Below, piece by piece: positions 28,945 to 38,699 of a stretch of 64,000 nucleotides of DNA. The notes under the pieces were generated by a model. It made no database searches. It was given only the letters and a program-made list of their open reading frames with translations, and had not been told where the DNA came from. Every line of letters starts with the position of its first letter. Positions within the stretch are counted from its first letter, which is position 1. A program made the position numbers and the translations under genes. Source of the DNA: Shigella phage vB_SboS_Gloob; the sequence record OL615011; one strand, 5' to 3'.

Positions 28945-29427
28945 TTATGGCTTGACCAGAGTCATCTTGACGGTTTCACCCGTGTCGGTGTCTGTCAGGG
29001 TCATGACGTCTTGTGCGTTCACAGACTTCACTTTCCCTTGTCGCTTGTCGCCGTTGCGGTTGTAGTAGTCGATCAGTTCGCCTTTGGTTGGGCGGCCAAC
29101 ATCGGTGATGTCATACTGGCCGCGCTTCCCCAGCGCCCGGTGATCCACGCCTTCGGTCTTTAGATTCTTAACCCCCTCCAGGAATGCTTTGAGTAGATCG
29201 CCTGGGATAGGGGGCAGCTTCAGCTTCTCGGCCAATTCCTGTGGCTCACCTTTGATGGTCGAACCACTAGGGGACTTGTGCCCGTAGAACGTACCAGGAG
29301 TCTTGCCTTGATAGATTGAATAGCTCGGACCTTTGCTGTCGTACACAAGGGAACAAGTCCATTCAGTCTTGACTAAACGCCAACCAACTTGCTTGACCTC
29401 CGTTAGGAAGTCCTGGAACCCTTTCAT
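28945..29427 (-). CDS. internal head protein with capsid targeting sequence (IP-like paralogue)
   Basis: N-terminus MKGFQDFLTEV. Confidence 0.6.
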   Translation of the reverse strand: MKGFQDFLTEVKQVGWRLVKTEWTCSLVYDSKGPSYSIYQGKTPGTFYGHKSPSGSTIKGEPQELAEKLKLPPIPGDLLKAFLEGVKNLKTEGVDHRALGKRGQYDITDVGRPTKGELIDYYNRNGDKRQGKVKSVNAQDVMTLTDTDTGETVKMTLVKP

Positions 29428-29435
29428 ACATCCCC

Positions 29436-30005
29436 CTAGACAGGCTTAACGCCGAGGAACTTGGCAATGTCAGCAGCCAGGTTTTTACCCTTGCTGATAT
29501 CCTGCTCCTTGCCGTTGCAGGTGACGATCACATACGGGTCATCTTCACCACCGAAGTTCACGGTGATCGCCTTGCCGATGCCAGGGATGCCAGAGTATTC
29601 GAACTCAGTGCGACCACTCTTGCGGGACTTGCCAACACCCAGTGCTTTACCGATCATCTTGTCCATGTTCGCCAGTTCCTGAGCATAGGCTTCGGTCACC
29701 TGGCCTTTGTCGGCAGACTTGCCAAAGAAGAATTCGAAGCCGTCATGGACAGCAACGACTTCCTGACCTTGGGAGATACCGTGAGTCTGGTCTGGGGTCA
29801 GCTTCACCTTGATGTTGTTGCCGTTGGTTAACTCCAGGTTGTAGACATCCGCCTGATTGTCAGGAGTGATCTGGGTCACGGTAGCACCGGAGCACCACTG
29901 AGTGCCGTCAGCTTGCTTGGTGATGGATACGCTTTTGCCCTGGACACCAGCATGGGTCTGAGGCTGAGCAGCTTGTTCTTTAAAGTATTGAAGGAACGGT
30001 TTCAT
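29436..30005 (-). CDS. internal head protein with capsid targeting sequence (IP-like paralogue)
   Basis: N-terminus MKPFLQYFKEQA; late promoter immediately upstream. Confidence 0.55.
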   Translation of the reverse strand: MKPFLQYFKEQAAQPQTHAGVQGKSVSITKQADGTQWCSGATVTQITPDNQADVYNLELTNGNNIKVKLTPDQTHGISQGQEVVAVHDGFEFFFGKSADKGQVTEAYAQELANMDKMIGKALGVGKSRKSGRTEFEYSGIPGIGKAITVNFGGEDDPYVIVTCNGKEQDISKGKNLAADIAKFLGVKPV

Positions 30006-30030
30006 CTTGAATCTCCTCGGGGATTTCAGT

Positions 30031-30038
30031 TATTTATA
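30031..30038 (-). promoter_or_regulatory. T4-type late promoter TATAAATA (minus strand)
   Basis: Plus-strand TATTTATA is TATAAATA on minus strand, about 25 nt upstream of IP gene start at 30005. Confidence 0.55.
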
Positions 30039-30056
30039 AGCCCCCGAAGGGGCTTT
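30039..30056 (-). terminator. terminator hairpin after large virion protein gene
   Basis: AAGCCCC-TTCG-GGGGCTT on minus strand. Confidence 0.45.
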
Positions 30057-30062
30057 AGATGA

Positions 30063-32441
30063 TCAGATCTTAATCTGCATGTTGCCGCCCAGGGACTGCT
30101 CATACTCACTGTATGCGCTCTCCCCGTCGTCTTTCGCCCACTGGTCAGACTGCTGGGCGCGAGCCAGAGTCATCAGGTTTGGTTCAGTCGGGTTGTAACC
30201 CTTGGACTTCGCATCCTGGTACAGAGTCTGCAGGTACTGGTTGGCGCGGTCAATCTGAGCTTTGAACTCGCGATATGCACCTTCAGTTGTATTGCGGCGG
30301 AAGGTGATATCCCAGTCCACGTTCAGAGTCTGACCATCACGGCTTGCATAGATCTGCCAATCCAGGTCGCGACCTTTTGGAGCGTTGTCGCGGATGGAAC
30401 CAGCGTATGTTGCAAGGTCAACACCAGTCTTCTTAGCAGTATCCGGTTCTTTATCCAGGCGTTCTGTTTCTTTGGACAGGATACCCAACATAAATTCATT
30501 GGTGCGGCGATCCGCCATGTCGTGCCCGCGCCAAAGGACTGAACCGTTGTTGTCAACAAAAATGTCGTCCAAAAATACTTGTTTCGGATTATGTGACGTG
30601 CTGTTCAGAGTTTGCATATTCCGAGATATCATTTCCATTTTAGAAGAAATTTCATCGATCACGGCCTGAACAATATCTTTCTTCAAAGGAAGTTCATATG
30701 TCTTCGGATTGTTCAACAGTCGCCCTTTCTGAGAGATCATCGGCGTGAACGCGACTTTTCCTTTGTCGTAGTAATAGGTCACATTCGTGGTCAATACAGC
30801 ACCATCATACTTCCCAGTTTTCGGGAAATTGACACCAGACCAAGTGATGGACATACCGTTGACAGTCTCACCAAACACCATGGCGTTGCGCGGCATCTTC
30901 AGGGTTCCAGAGTTGACCAGATCAGCGCCCTGGGCATTCAGGTCGATAGAACCATAGATGGTCCCGCTACGATCTTTCAGCATCAGGGTCTTGTCGCCCT
31001 TCTCTGGGATGATTTCCAGCAGGTGCTTGCCGCGCAGAGGCTCTTTGTTGAGTTCCAACAGAGCAGTGTTCCCTGGCTTCACACGATTCAGGACAGCGTC
31101 GGACACTTTCAGAGTCCAGTTTGCGGTTTCCACATAACCCCAGCCCTGAGAATGACGGATGGCCTTGATAGGGTATGGGGCACTCATTGGCACTGCGCTG
31201 ATTTCCCATTCGCCGCGATACTGATGTTCAGCGACGTATGTGATCGTTTCCATGATTTCGTTTGCCACCCGACGAGCATCGCCAGAGATGACACCAGGCT
31301 GAGTTTCGATTTCAGAGAACACGTTGTAGGTCAGATTCTTGCCATCGACTGAATCGAAGCTGACGATGATCACCAGACCACCTTTAGTTTGATAACGCGC
31401 CTGTCCGATCTTCTTAATGCTTTCCCCTGGGAGATAGCTTGCTTTCTGGTCAATGTTGGTATCAATGATACCCAGAACACGAGCGATGAAACCGCTGTCA
31501 CGCAATTGATCGATACTGGTTGCCCCGATTGTGGTGTTGGAGTCAGCTGGCGCGGTCTTCTGCTGAGAACCTTTCCAAAATTTTGTGGACGCCGTGGTGA
31601 AATCATTCAAGATACTGATAGGGACTTGCGGTAATTTCAACTGACGAGCAATGAAATCAGCACTTTGCCCACGCACAGATTTCTCATTCATGTATGCGCC
31701 AACATACACGCCTGGCTCATTGTAGTGGGGAGCGATATTTGCCGTGTTCATGCGGCCTCTCTCCTTACCAACCCATATCAACATGGGTTGATCCCCGTTT
31801 GAAGTTAATTTCCATCCGTTGGAATCATCAACAGAAGATGAAGCCCCCACATCTGGGGTATTGTCTTGAACCGGAACGTCACCGACCTTGTCTGGGTCAT
31901 CCCAGGTGATACCCTGCATCTTCGGACCGTCGAATACCTGAGCAGGATCTTTGCCCTTACGGACCAACCACACATAACCACGGTCGGGGACGGGCGCATA
32001 GGTCAGGTCCATGACGTTGAGTTTCTGCTTCAGACCGGACTGGCGGATGATCTTAGGAATCAGGGTCATCCCGCGTTCCAGCGCTTTCTTAGAGAAGTTG
32101 ACAGCATAGCCATCGATAGTCTTGCCAAGAGGGGTCGCCAGGAACTGCTTGGTAGCTTCGATCATGGAAGCAATAACGCGCATTGGGTTCTTGAAGCGAG
32201 CGATGGCATCAGGATAGACAGAGCCGCGCTTCTGGCCGATGAAGACCTGACGAACGTTCTTGCCCAGCCCCTGAGGGGTATAGAACTGAATGCGGTATTC
32301 CTTTTCATCTTCGTCGATGAAGGTGAAGAACACATCGCCTGCGTTCTTCTTGCCCATGGTCAGCTCATACGGAGCAGAGTTGAACGCTTCGTCCAACTGA
32401 TCCTTTTCCTGCATGAACTGAAGGAAATTTGGCTTTGACAT
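30063..32441 (-). CDS. large putative packaged/internal virion protein
   Basis: About 793 aa from MSKPNFLQFMQE, a loose capsid-targeting-like N-terminus; adjacent to IP paralogues; no catalytic motif recognised. Confidence 0.5.
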   Translation of the reverse strand: MSKPNFLQFMQEKDQLDEAFNSAPYELTMGKKNAGDVFFTFIDEDEKEYRIQFYTPQGLGKNVRQVFIGQKRGSVYPDAIARFKNPMRVIASMIEATKQFLATPLGKTIDGYAVNFSKKALERGMTLIPKIIRQSGLKQKLNVMDLTYAPVPDRGYVWLVRKGKDPAQVFDGPKMQGITWDDPDKVGDVPVQDNTPDVGASSSVDDSNGWKLTSNGDQPMLIWVGKERGRMNTANIAPHYNEPGVYVGAYMNEKSVRGQSADFIARQLKLPQVPISILNDFTTASTKFWKGSQQKTAPADSNTTIGATSIDQLRDSGFIARVLGIIDTNIDQKASYLPGESIKKIGQARYQTKGGLVIIVSFDSVDGKNLTYNVFSEIETQPGVISGDARRVANEIMETITYVAEHQYRGEWEISAVPMSAPYPIKAIRHSQGWGYVETANWTLKVSDAVLNRVKPGNTALLELNKEPLRGKHLLEIIPEKGDKTLMLKDRSGTIYGSIDLNAQGADLVNSGTLKMPRNAMVFGETVNGMSITWSGVNFPKTGKYDGAVLTTNVTYYYDKGKVAFTPMISQKGRLLNNPKTYELPLKKDIVQAVIDEISSKMEMISRNMQTLNSTSHNPKQVFLDDIFVDNNGSVLWRGHDMADRRTNEFMLGILSKETERLDKEPDTAKKTGVDLATYAGSIRDNAPKGRDLDWQIYASRDGQTLNVDWDITFRRNTTEGAYREFKAQIDRANQYLQTLYQDAKSKGYNPTEPNLMTLARAQQSDQWAKDDGESAYSEYEQSLGGNMQIKI

Positions 32442-32518
32442 TTTGTATCTCCTGATGGAATTATGGCGGTTTCTTCTAATTAGCGAAACCAAAAGAGAGC
32501 CGAAGCTCTCTTGTCAGA

Positions 32519-32890
32519 TCATGCCCAGGTGGATTTACTTACGGAAAGGTAGTGATCTTTAGACTCGATCAGTTCTTTACCGGATTTGACGATGGCGTCC
32601 ATGGAGTAGAATCCAATCTGGAACCCATCTTTCAGGAAGATCGTGTGGTGCATGTGGTCAACTGGCAAACCATTCACTGGGGAATTTTTGAAATTCCAAC
32701 CTTCAGCCAGGAATTTTGCGTGGACCGCTTTCATCGTAGCGTCGCGATCACCGTTTGTCATGATACCCATTTCAACGTTGTCTACCAAACCACGGTCAAC
32801 AATCTGACCTTCGAGGGTTACAACGCCGAAGCCAAGGGATTCAAGGATAGACATTTCTGGTTTGGTGAAATCTGTTTTGATCGCGTTCAT
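32519..32890 (-). CDS. hypothetical protein
   Basis: Likely start MNAIKTDF. Confidence 0.4.
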   Translation of the reverse strand: MNAIKTDFTKPEMSILESLGFGVVTLEGQIVDRGLVDNVEMGIMTNGDRDATMKAVHAKFLAEGWNFKNSPVNGLPVDHMHHTIFLKDGFQIGFYSMDAIVKSGKELIESKDHYLSVSKSTWA

Positions 32891-32997
32891 GATATAGTTC
32901 CTTCGTTTCAAGTTGGTGTCGTACTGCTTATGGAATGAAGTATAGGGAAGGATATTGAAGAAGTAAAGGGGCGAAAGCCCCTTTTATTGAATTATTT

Positions 32998-33636
32998 TTA
33001 CGGCGTTGGGTTCACCACAGGAATATGGAATCTGATCCCGGCGATGATATCCTTCAGCTGAGGCTTCCATCCATCCACCAAACGGGGGAGAGCGATAGCA
33101 CCAGGCTGAACTAAAATGATGTCGCTGCCTGTGATATTGTGCTGAGGGAACTGGGCAAGGTACTGCTCCATGGTGACACCCTCATCAATCAGAACCGCAC
33201 CGACGTCAGACGATGCGTAGGTTGCACCCAGACCGTCAACGCCCCACGCCAAGATGCCCCAGTCAGGGATGTTGGCTTCAGATGTGATGGTGAATCCAAA
33301 CACGGTGTTCAGCGAGGTGAAGGAATAGACATCGTGAGTTATGTCATACACCAGATACCCCTTGGCCAGCATATCGGCAAAGATCGCGTCCGTATCTCCC
33401 GCCGCCAGAGTCGGTACAGTAAACAACAGCTCGCCCTCAGGAGGGGCAGGATACGTGCCGAGGGCATAGAGGCACCATGCATCAATGCACTTCTTAATGA
33501 ACGCCTCGGGTGCGACGTAATCGGCAAGGCGCACAGTCCCCGAGTACTCGGATACGATGATTCCTTCCTTCGCGCCCTGTAGAGCGATGAAGACCAAGAT
33601 ATGTTCATATCCGGTCTGAGATGGAGTGATGTTCAT
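32998..33636 (-). CDS. hypothetical protein
   Basis: Likely start MNITPSQ overlapping upstream stop. Confidence 0.4.
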   Translation of the reverse strand: MNITPSQTGYEHILVFIALQGAKEGIIVSEYSGTVRLADYVAPEAFIKKCIDAWCLYALGTYPAPPEGELLFTVPTLAAGDTDAIFADMLAKGYLVYDITHDVYSFTSLNTVFGFTITSEANIPDWGILAWGVDGLGATYASSDVGAVLIDEGVTMEQYLAQFPQHNITGSDIILVQPGAIALPRLVDGWKPQLKDIIAGIRFHIPVVNPTP

Positions 33637-34250
33637 TATCTTGTCCTCTTCAGTTTCTCTATCGTGCGCTTGTTCATGGCGATCACCCGAGGATCTACCT
33701 CGGAGATGGTCCGGCCTTTGAAGGACACACATTTCTGAAGATATTTAGCTTTCTTCACGACGTCAGCGGCATAAGCGTTCGATGCGGGATTACGGGCGAA
33801 GCCAGCATTGTAAGAGGAGAGGGATTTGCGTACATTCTGCTTGTGATAGGTCAGCCAGAACTGCATCTCATCGAGGGCGGCTTGCGCGGCATATTCTTGG
33901 TCGGTCAGCAACTTTATGGCGACATTGGCATAGCACTTGCGATTCTTACAACCTTCGCGATCACCAACTGTCTTCACCTTGTTCTGAAAGGCTCCCATGT
34001 TGGCCGCCTTGAGACCGTAGCGCATTGACACTACATCTTCACCAGCACGGCTCTCTCGCCAAGATATGGCAGCCAGGGTGTAACCAAGATCTTGTGTCTT
34101 GCCTATGTGATAGGCAGTTGCCAGCGTATTAAGTTGTTGCTCAGAGAAATCATAAACACATTGACTTGTATTTTGGGAAGCGTGCACATTCCCGCTGGCA
34201 ATGGTAAAGGTCACGGACAAGGCCATGGCCTTCAACGTTGTCATCGTCAT
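33636..34250 (-). CDS. secreted/periplasmic protein with signal peptide
   Basis: N-terminal signal peptide MTMTTLKAMALSVTFTIASGNVHAS; several Cys. Confidence 0.5.
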   Translation of the reverse strand: MTMTTLKAMALSVTFTIASGNVHASQNTSQCVYDFSEQQLNTLATAYHIGKTQDLGYTLAAISWRESRAGEDVVSMRYGLKAANMGAFQNKVKTVGDREGCKNRKCYANVAIKLLTDQEYAAQAALDEMQFWLTYHKQNVRKSLSSYNAGFARNPASNAYAADVVKKAKYLQKCVSFKGRTISEVDPRVIAMNKRTIEKLKRTR

Positions 34251-34349
34251 GATGGCGTTCCTTATGTGGATTGTCGACTTGCAGCTCGCTTGAGCCTCCT
34301 GACAGGGGTTAAAAGATAAAGGGCACGTGGTATTTAGTGCCCTTTGGCC

Positions 34350-34628
34350 TCATTCATAGATGAGGTGGTAGGATTCTTCGATGCACTCCAGCCAGCCGTA
34401 GACGAACTGTAGAGGGTCATCCCAGTCACACGCCTTGCCGATCGTGAACTGACCGTCTAGACAATCCCCGCGCTCGTAGAAGTTCACGGTGCCATCAATC
34501 GTGATAACGTTTCCAGTCTGCATCACTGCTTTGACACCAACCGCAACCTTGTGGTGTTTATGTTTCGCATTCCAGGTATCAGCAGCAATCTGGCCTGCCG
34601 AAAACAGTTCAACGTTGTCTTCTTTCAT
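34350..34628 (-). CDS. hypothetical protein
   Basis: 92 aa ORF. Confidence 0.4.
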   Translation of the reverse strand: MKEDNVELFSAGQIAADTWNAKHKHHKVAVGVKAVMQTGNVITIDGTVNFYERGDCLDGQFTIGKACDWDDPLQFVYGWLECIEESYHLIYE

Positions 34629-34939
34629 ACGTTTGTCTCAGGTGTTCAGTAAAGGATTTACCCAGCTTGCGGAATAGTTTAATACGACCAATGACTTTGA
34701 CGTAAACATCTCCGTGGCAGGGGCGTGGCTTACACCAGCACCCCAAGATCTTCCCGTCAAGCTCAAGGAGTTCATCCTCGGTGATATCCCCTTCAATCAG
34801 GCGCACATACAGGTCTTCTTCAAACAGTTCGATGCAGACGCCTCGTCCATGGTCTTTGACCTCGAACGGGTTCCCCCATTTACCAGGCCGACCAATGTAG
34901 ACATCGTATGGATCCTTCTTGAAGTGTACGACTTTCACA
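34609..34939 (-). CDS. DUF4326-like protein
   Basis: Motifs GRPGKWGNPF and GCWCKPRPCHGDV; probable GTG start overlapping upstream stop (ATGTGA). Confidence 0.45.
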
Positions 34940-35249
34940 TATCCTCCAGGTCGTCCCCTACCACAACCATGAATTCTAAGCCCCTGTCCATGATCAAGTC
35001 TATCGCTCTGGTGCTGCCGCTCCCCTGAACACACCAGTATTTGAATGGTCCAAAACGGTGTAGAATCTTGATGATCATCAACTGCATGCTTTTGTGGGCG
35101 TCATTGTAGCGCGACTTGTACTTCTTGGAGAACCATCCGTGGTTCAGGCTTTTGTAACGGTAAAGGAACCACAGGCGAACAGCCTTGTACAAACGCTTTT
35201 TCGCGCCTGTGGAATCCTTTGAAACCCTGATTACTTTGTTCATGATCAA
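34935..35249 (-). CDS. hypothetical basic protein
   Basis: 104 aa, Lys/Arg-rich; overlaps gp46 stop. Confidence 0.4.
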   Translation of the reverse strand: MIMNKVIRVSKDSTGAKKRLYKAVRLWFLYRYKSLNHGWFSKKYKSRYNDAHKSMQLMIIKILHRFGPFKYWCVQGSGSTRAIDLIMDRGLEFMVVVGDDLEDM

Positions 35250-37582
35250 TCCTTCTTGATAACTTCGGTCAGGCCGTTGCGCAGGCCATAGCGGATGTTG
35301 TGAGGGAAGTACTCTTGGAACTCCTGCTCACGCTGACTGATGACAAACAGGTTGTTCCCGCCGAACTTATGCTTCAGCATCTCAACCGATTCCTGCACCC
35401 CGCGCTCGCTCATGTTCTCAAGGATTTCGTCCAGGACAAACAGGTTACATTGCACCGATGCCTTGAGGTTAGCCACGTCGCGCAGAGCCAGTGTCACAGC
35501 CAGGTTCAGGCGGCTCCGCTGGCCAGTAGACAGGGAGAAGATGCTCTGCCCCTTGCGACCTGCTGCACTCATGGTGATCTCAAAGGTATCGTCAACAACG
35601 ATGTCCAGGAACATGTTGAGGGCTTCAAGATACTCGTTGATCTTGCTATTGAGGAATGGCAAGTACAGGGCGATGATGCGCGCCTTGGTCTGGTCATCCT
35701 TCAAGAAGAACAGCAGGTGCTGTAAGTCCTGGAGTTCCTCATCTGCATCTTCACGGAGTTCATACAGAGCCTCCAGTTCACCTTCCAATGCAGCGATAGA
35801 GTTCTCCAGGTCGGCGGTAGGCGTCGGCTGTACAGCCAGTTTACGCTCCAGATCGGCAATGGACGCCACGAGAGGAGCACGACGGGCTTTCAGCTCGGCG
35901 ATCTTATCATCGACGGCTTTAATCCCGCTGACGGCATTCTCTCGCGTCTGTTGCAGCGACGCAGTGATGTCTTCAAAACGAACGTTCAGCGCCTTGCGGA
36001 TGTCAAGGATCTTCTGTTGGCATTCACGGTTCAGCGAATTACACTCAATCGTGGCCGCTTCATGGAACCCCTGAATGTCACGGTGCAGCTGCTTGATGTT
36101 GTCAACGATTTCGTCGGCCTGCTTGCGCATTGCATCCAGTTCGGCATCTAACACAGCAATGTCAGCAACCAGCTTGTCGTCCTGAGCCTTGTGACCATCA
36201 ATCAGGGCGGTGACATCGGCAGTGACCTTATCCAGCTGATCCAACTTCGCCTGCAGTTCCTGTATCTGAGGGTTGTACTTGCTCTCAATGCGCGCCTTGG
36301 TATCATCAGACACCAGCTGGGTGCATGTTGGGCAAGTCCCCATATCGTGGAAGCGCTTGATGGCCGCTTGATGACCATCCATTTCTGTTTGGAAACGGAT
36401 ACGGAAGTTCTCACCCTGTTGGCGGCGCTGGATAGCAGCGTTCAGAGTGTCCAGGTTGGCGTTGCGTTCGGTGAGCAGGGTGTTCTTGCTCTCGGCTACT
36501 GTAAAGGCGCGGTCGCGCAATACCTGGAGATCATGCTCCGCAGTAGACACTTCGATGCGCTCATAATCGTCAGCCTTGTCCTGAGCGGCATCCTTCACCG
36601 CCTGGATCTTGGTATCAAAGTCTTTCTTGACAGCCTCGATCTCCACCATGGATTCGTCATGAAGGCGGCTTTCCACCGTCTTCATTTCCTGAGTGGCTTC
36701 GAATTCCACGGCAGTGAGACGGGTGCGCTCCTCATTCTGCGCGGCAATGTCAGCGTCCAGCGATACCAGGGCTTCCTGTTGCTGTACAAGGATATCGGCC
36801 GACTGCTGTTGGATAAGGGCATTGGATTGCTCTATCTGCTGCAGCTGCGTCTTCTTGTTGGTGTGGTCAACAACCTTCAACGCACATTCATTCGCGATCG
36901 TGTCCAGCTTTTCGTTCGCTTTCTTGATGGATGCCTTGACATCTTCGTTCATCAGGCTGAAGAAGCCCAAGTCCCAGATAGTCTCCACCATCGCGCGACG
37001 GTCGGCGGTGTACATCTCCGTGAACGGAATGAACTTCTCTTTGCCCAGCACCAGAGAGTTCTCAAACATCTTCTGGTCCACGCCGATGAGGTTCACGATG
37101 TACTTGTTCATGTCGGCTTTGGCTGCTTCATTATCGATCTGCAACCACTTGCCGTCCACCATCTGGTAGACTTCAACAAAGTCAGGTTTAATGCCACGGC
37201 GAACCTTCCATTCGCTACCACGGCAGGCAAACTCCACCTCACCCACACATTCCTTGCGGCTCTGTGAGTTTACCAGGCCTGCCTTCTTCTCCTTCTTACT
37301 GTACGTGTCGTTGTACAGTACGAAGAACAGCAGCCACACCAGCATCGTGGATTTACCCGCGCCGTTATCGTCAGACGTGACGAGGGTAGCCGGGTTGCGC
37401 TGGTAATCAATCTCCATGAACTGATTACCGATGGAGCGGAAGTTCTTGGCGCGGCCTTTGCGGAAGGTCAGTTTGTGCGTAATGTTGTCACGCACTTCAA
37501 ATGGGACTTCGACCTCAACCGGAGTGTCGGCTTCCTTCAAAAGATTGCCAAATTTGGCCAGGATATCTGTGCTCTGAGTCAT
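35246..37582 (-). CDS. 46: recombination ATPase gp46 (Rad50/SbcC-like)
   Basis: 778 aa; Walker A NGAGKST, long coiled-coil, C-terminal signature SLSTGQRSRL and Walker B FVLDE. Confidence 0.9.
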   Translation of the reverse strand: MTQSTDILAKFGNLLKEADTPVEVEVPFEVRDNITHKLTFRKGRAKNFRSIGNQFMEIDYQRNPATLVTSDDNGAGKSTMLVWLLFFVLYNDTYSKKEKKAGLVNSQSRKECVGEVEFACRGSEWKVRRGIKPDFVEVYQMVDGKWLQIDNEAAKADMNKYIVNLIGVDQKMFENSLVLGKEKFIPFTEMYTADRRAMVETIWDLGFFSLMNEDVKASIKKANEKLDTIANECALKVVDHTNKKTQLQQIEQSNALIQQQSADILVQQQEALVSLDADIAAQNEERTRLTAVEFEATQEMKTVESRLHDESMVEIEAVKKDFDTKIQAVKDAAQDKADDYERIEVSTAEHDLQVLRDRAFTVAESKNTLLTERNANLDTLNAAIQRRQQGENFRIRFQTEMDGHQAAIKRFHDMGTCPTCTQLVSDDTKARIESKYNPQIQELQAKLDQLDKVTADVTALIDGHKAQDDKLVADIAVLDAELDAMRKQADEIVDNIKQLHRDIQGFHEAATIECNSLNRECQQKILDIRKALNVRFEDITASLQQTRENAVSGIKAVDDKIAELKARRAPLVASIADLERKLAVQPTPTADLENSIAALEGELEALYELREDADEELQDLQHLLFFLKDDQTKARIIALYLPFLNSKINEYLEALNMFLDIVVDDTFEITMSAAGRKGQSIFSLSTGQRSRLNLAVTLALRDVANLKASVQCNLFVLDEILENMSERGVQESVEMLKHKFGGNNLFVISQREQEFQEYFPHNIRYGLRNGLTEVIKKD

Positions 37583-37583
37583 G

Positions 37584-38699
37584 TTATGCGTCCAGTTTGT
37601 TCAGGCGTTGTTGGGCAGCATTGTAGAAGTGCTCTGCAAGTTTACAGACGTTTTCAGGGCGCTGGATGTTGTTCCCGGCGCGGATATCCTTCTTCAGGAC
37701 TTCCACTGCATCGGTTGCCACCATCTCTTCGGTGACCTCAACCTTCTCAGCCGCCACGGTGATAGTCCGGTCGATGAAGTTGTAGTCAATGCACTTGCAG
37801 CGCTTCATGGCATCACAGAACTTTTCATAATGCTTAGCATTGTCGCGGTTCTGTACGATAACCTTAACGATTTGCCCTTCAATACCCAAGCCTGTGTTCA
37901 GCCATTCTGGGTCGATCCAGTTACCCTCATCGTCTGAGGACAACTTGGTGTAGTCATACTCCACATAGCGGAACAACGTCTGGTGCTCGCTGTTGGGGAT
38001 GAATACCTCTCCGCCGCGCATGTCGTCCACATAGAAGCCACGGTTGGTGCCGTCTTTGTAGTCTTCCCAATTCAGGTGATACGGAGTCCCAAGATACTGA
38101 ATGTTACCTTCCATCGAACGGGTATGGAAATGCCCCGTGTCGACCCTGTCAAACTTGGAAAGGAGCGCAACGTCGATCTGACCGTGATCACAAGTAGAGG
38201 ACTGGTACATTTTGAACCCCGCCAACTCCAGATGCGCAAAACAGTACTTGGCGTCCGTAGCGTGTATCGCCGCAATAGATGCATCGTAGTTTTCCTTATT
38301 GATCCACGGTAGGAGCAGAGTCTTGACACCCTCGATCATCACTTCGGTCGGTTCGCTGTAGTAGCAGTACACATCTGGGTCGAGTTCGTTCAGGTAGGAT
38401 GGCCAGTTGATGCGGTTGGACTCTTCCAGGGTGATGTCGTGGTTGCCAACAATGCCATTCCACTTGATACCAGCCTCTTTCAGCGCCGGAGTCAGCTCAT
38501 CTTTCAACCAGTCCTTGTCACGACCGTACATGAATTTGCGGACATCAAATGTGTCACCAAACTGCCACACCTCATGGATGTCGGAGGCGACAAGTTCAGG
38601 GATGAAATAATTGATGAGGTAGTTCTTGATGAAGTCGCGAACGTAACGGGAACCATTACGGCTCCCGATATGCAGATCGCCGATTTTAGCAATCGCCAT
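37584..38699 (-). CDS. 47: recombination nuclease gp47 (Mre11/SbcD-like)
   Basis: 371 aa; phosphoesterase motifs DLHIG and GNHD. Confidence 0.9.
   Translation of the reverse strand: MAIAKIGDLHIGSRNGSRYVRDFIKNYLINYFIPELVASDIHEVWQFGDTFDVRKFMYGRDKDWLKDELTPALKEAGIKWNGIVGNHDITLEESNRINWPSYLNELDPDVYCYYSEPTEVMIEGVKTLLLPWINKENYDASIAAIHATDAKYCFAHLELAGFKMYQSSTCDHGQIDVALLSKFDRVDTGHFHTRSMEGNIQYLGTPYHLNWEDYKDGTNRGFYVDDMRGGEVFIPNSEHQTLFRYVEYDYTKLSSDDEGNWIDPEWLNTGLGIEGQIVKVIVQNRDNAKHYEKFCDAMKRCKCIDYNFIDRTITVAAEKVEVTEEMVATDAVEVLKKDIRAGNNIQRPENVCKLAEHFYNAAQQRLNKLDA

Noticed and set aside
30612-31352. 246-aa plus-strand ORF
   Set aside because: Antisense to the large virion protein gene
36191-37267. 358-aa plus-strand ORF
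   Set aside because: Lies entirely antisense within gp46 coiled-coil coding region; low-complexity Leu/Arg-rich translation typical of a shadow ORF
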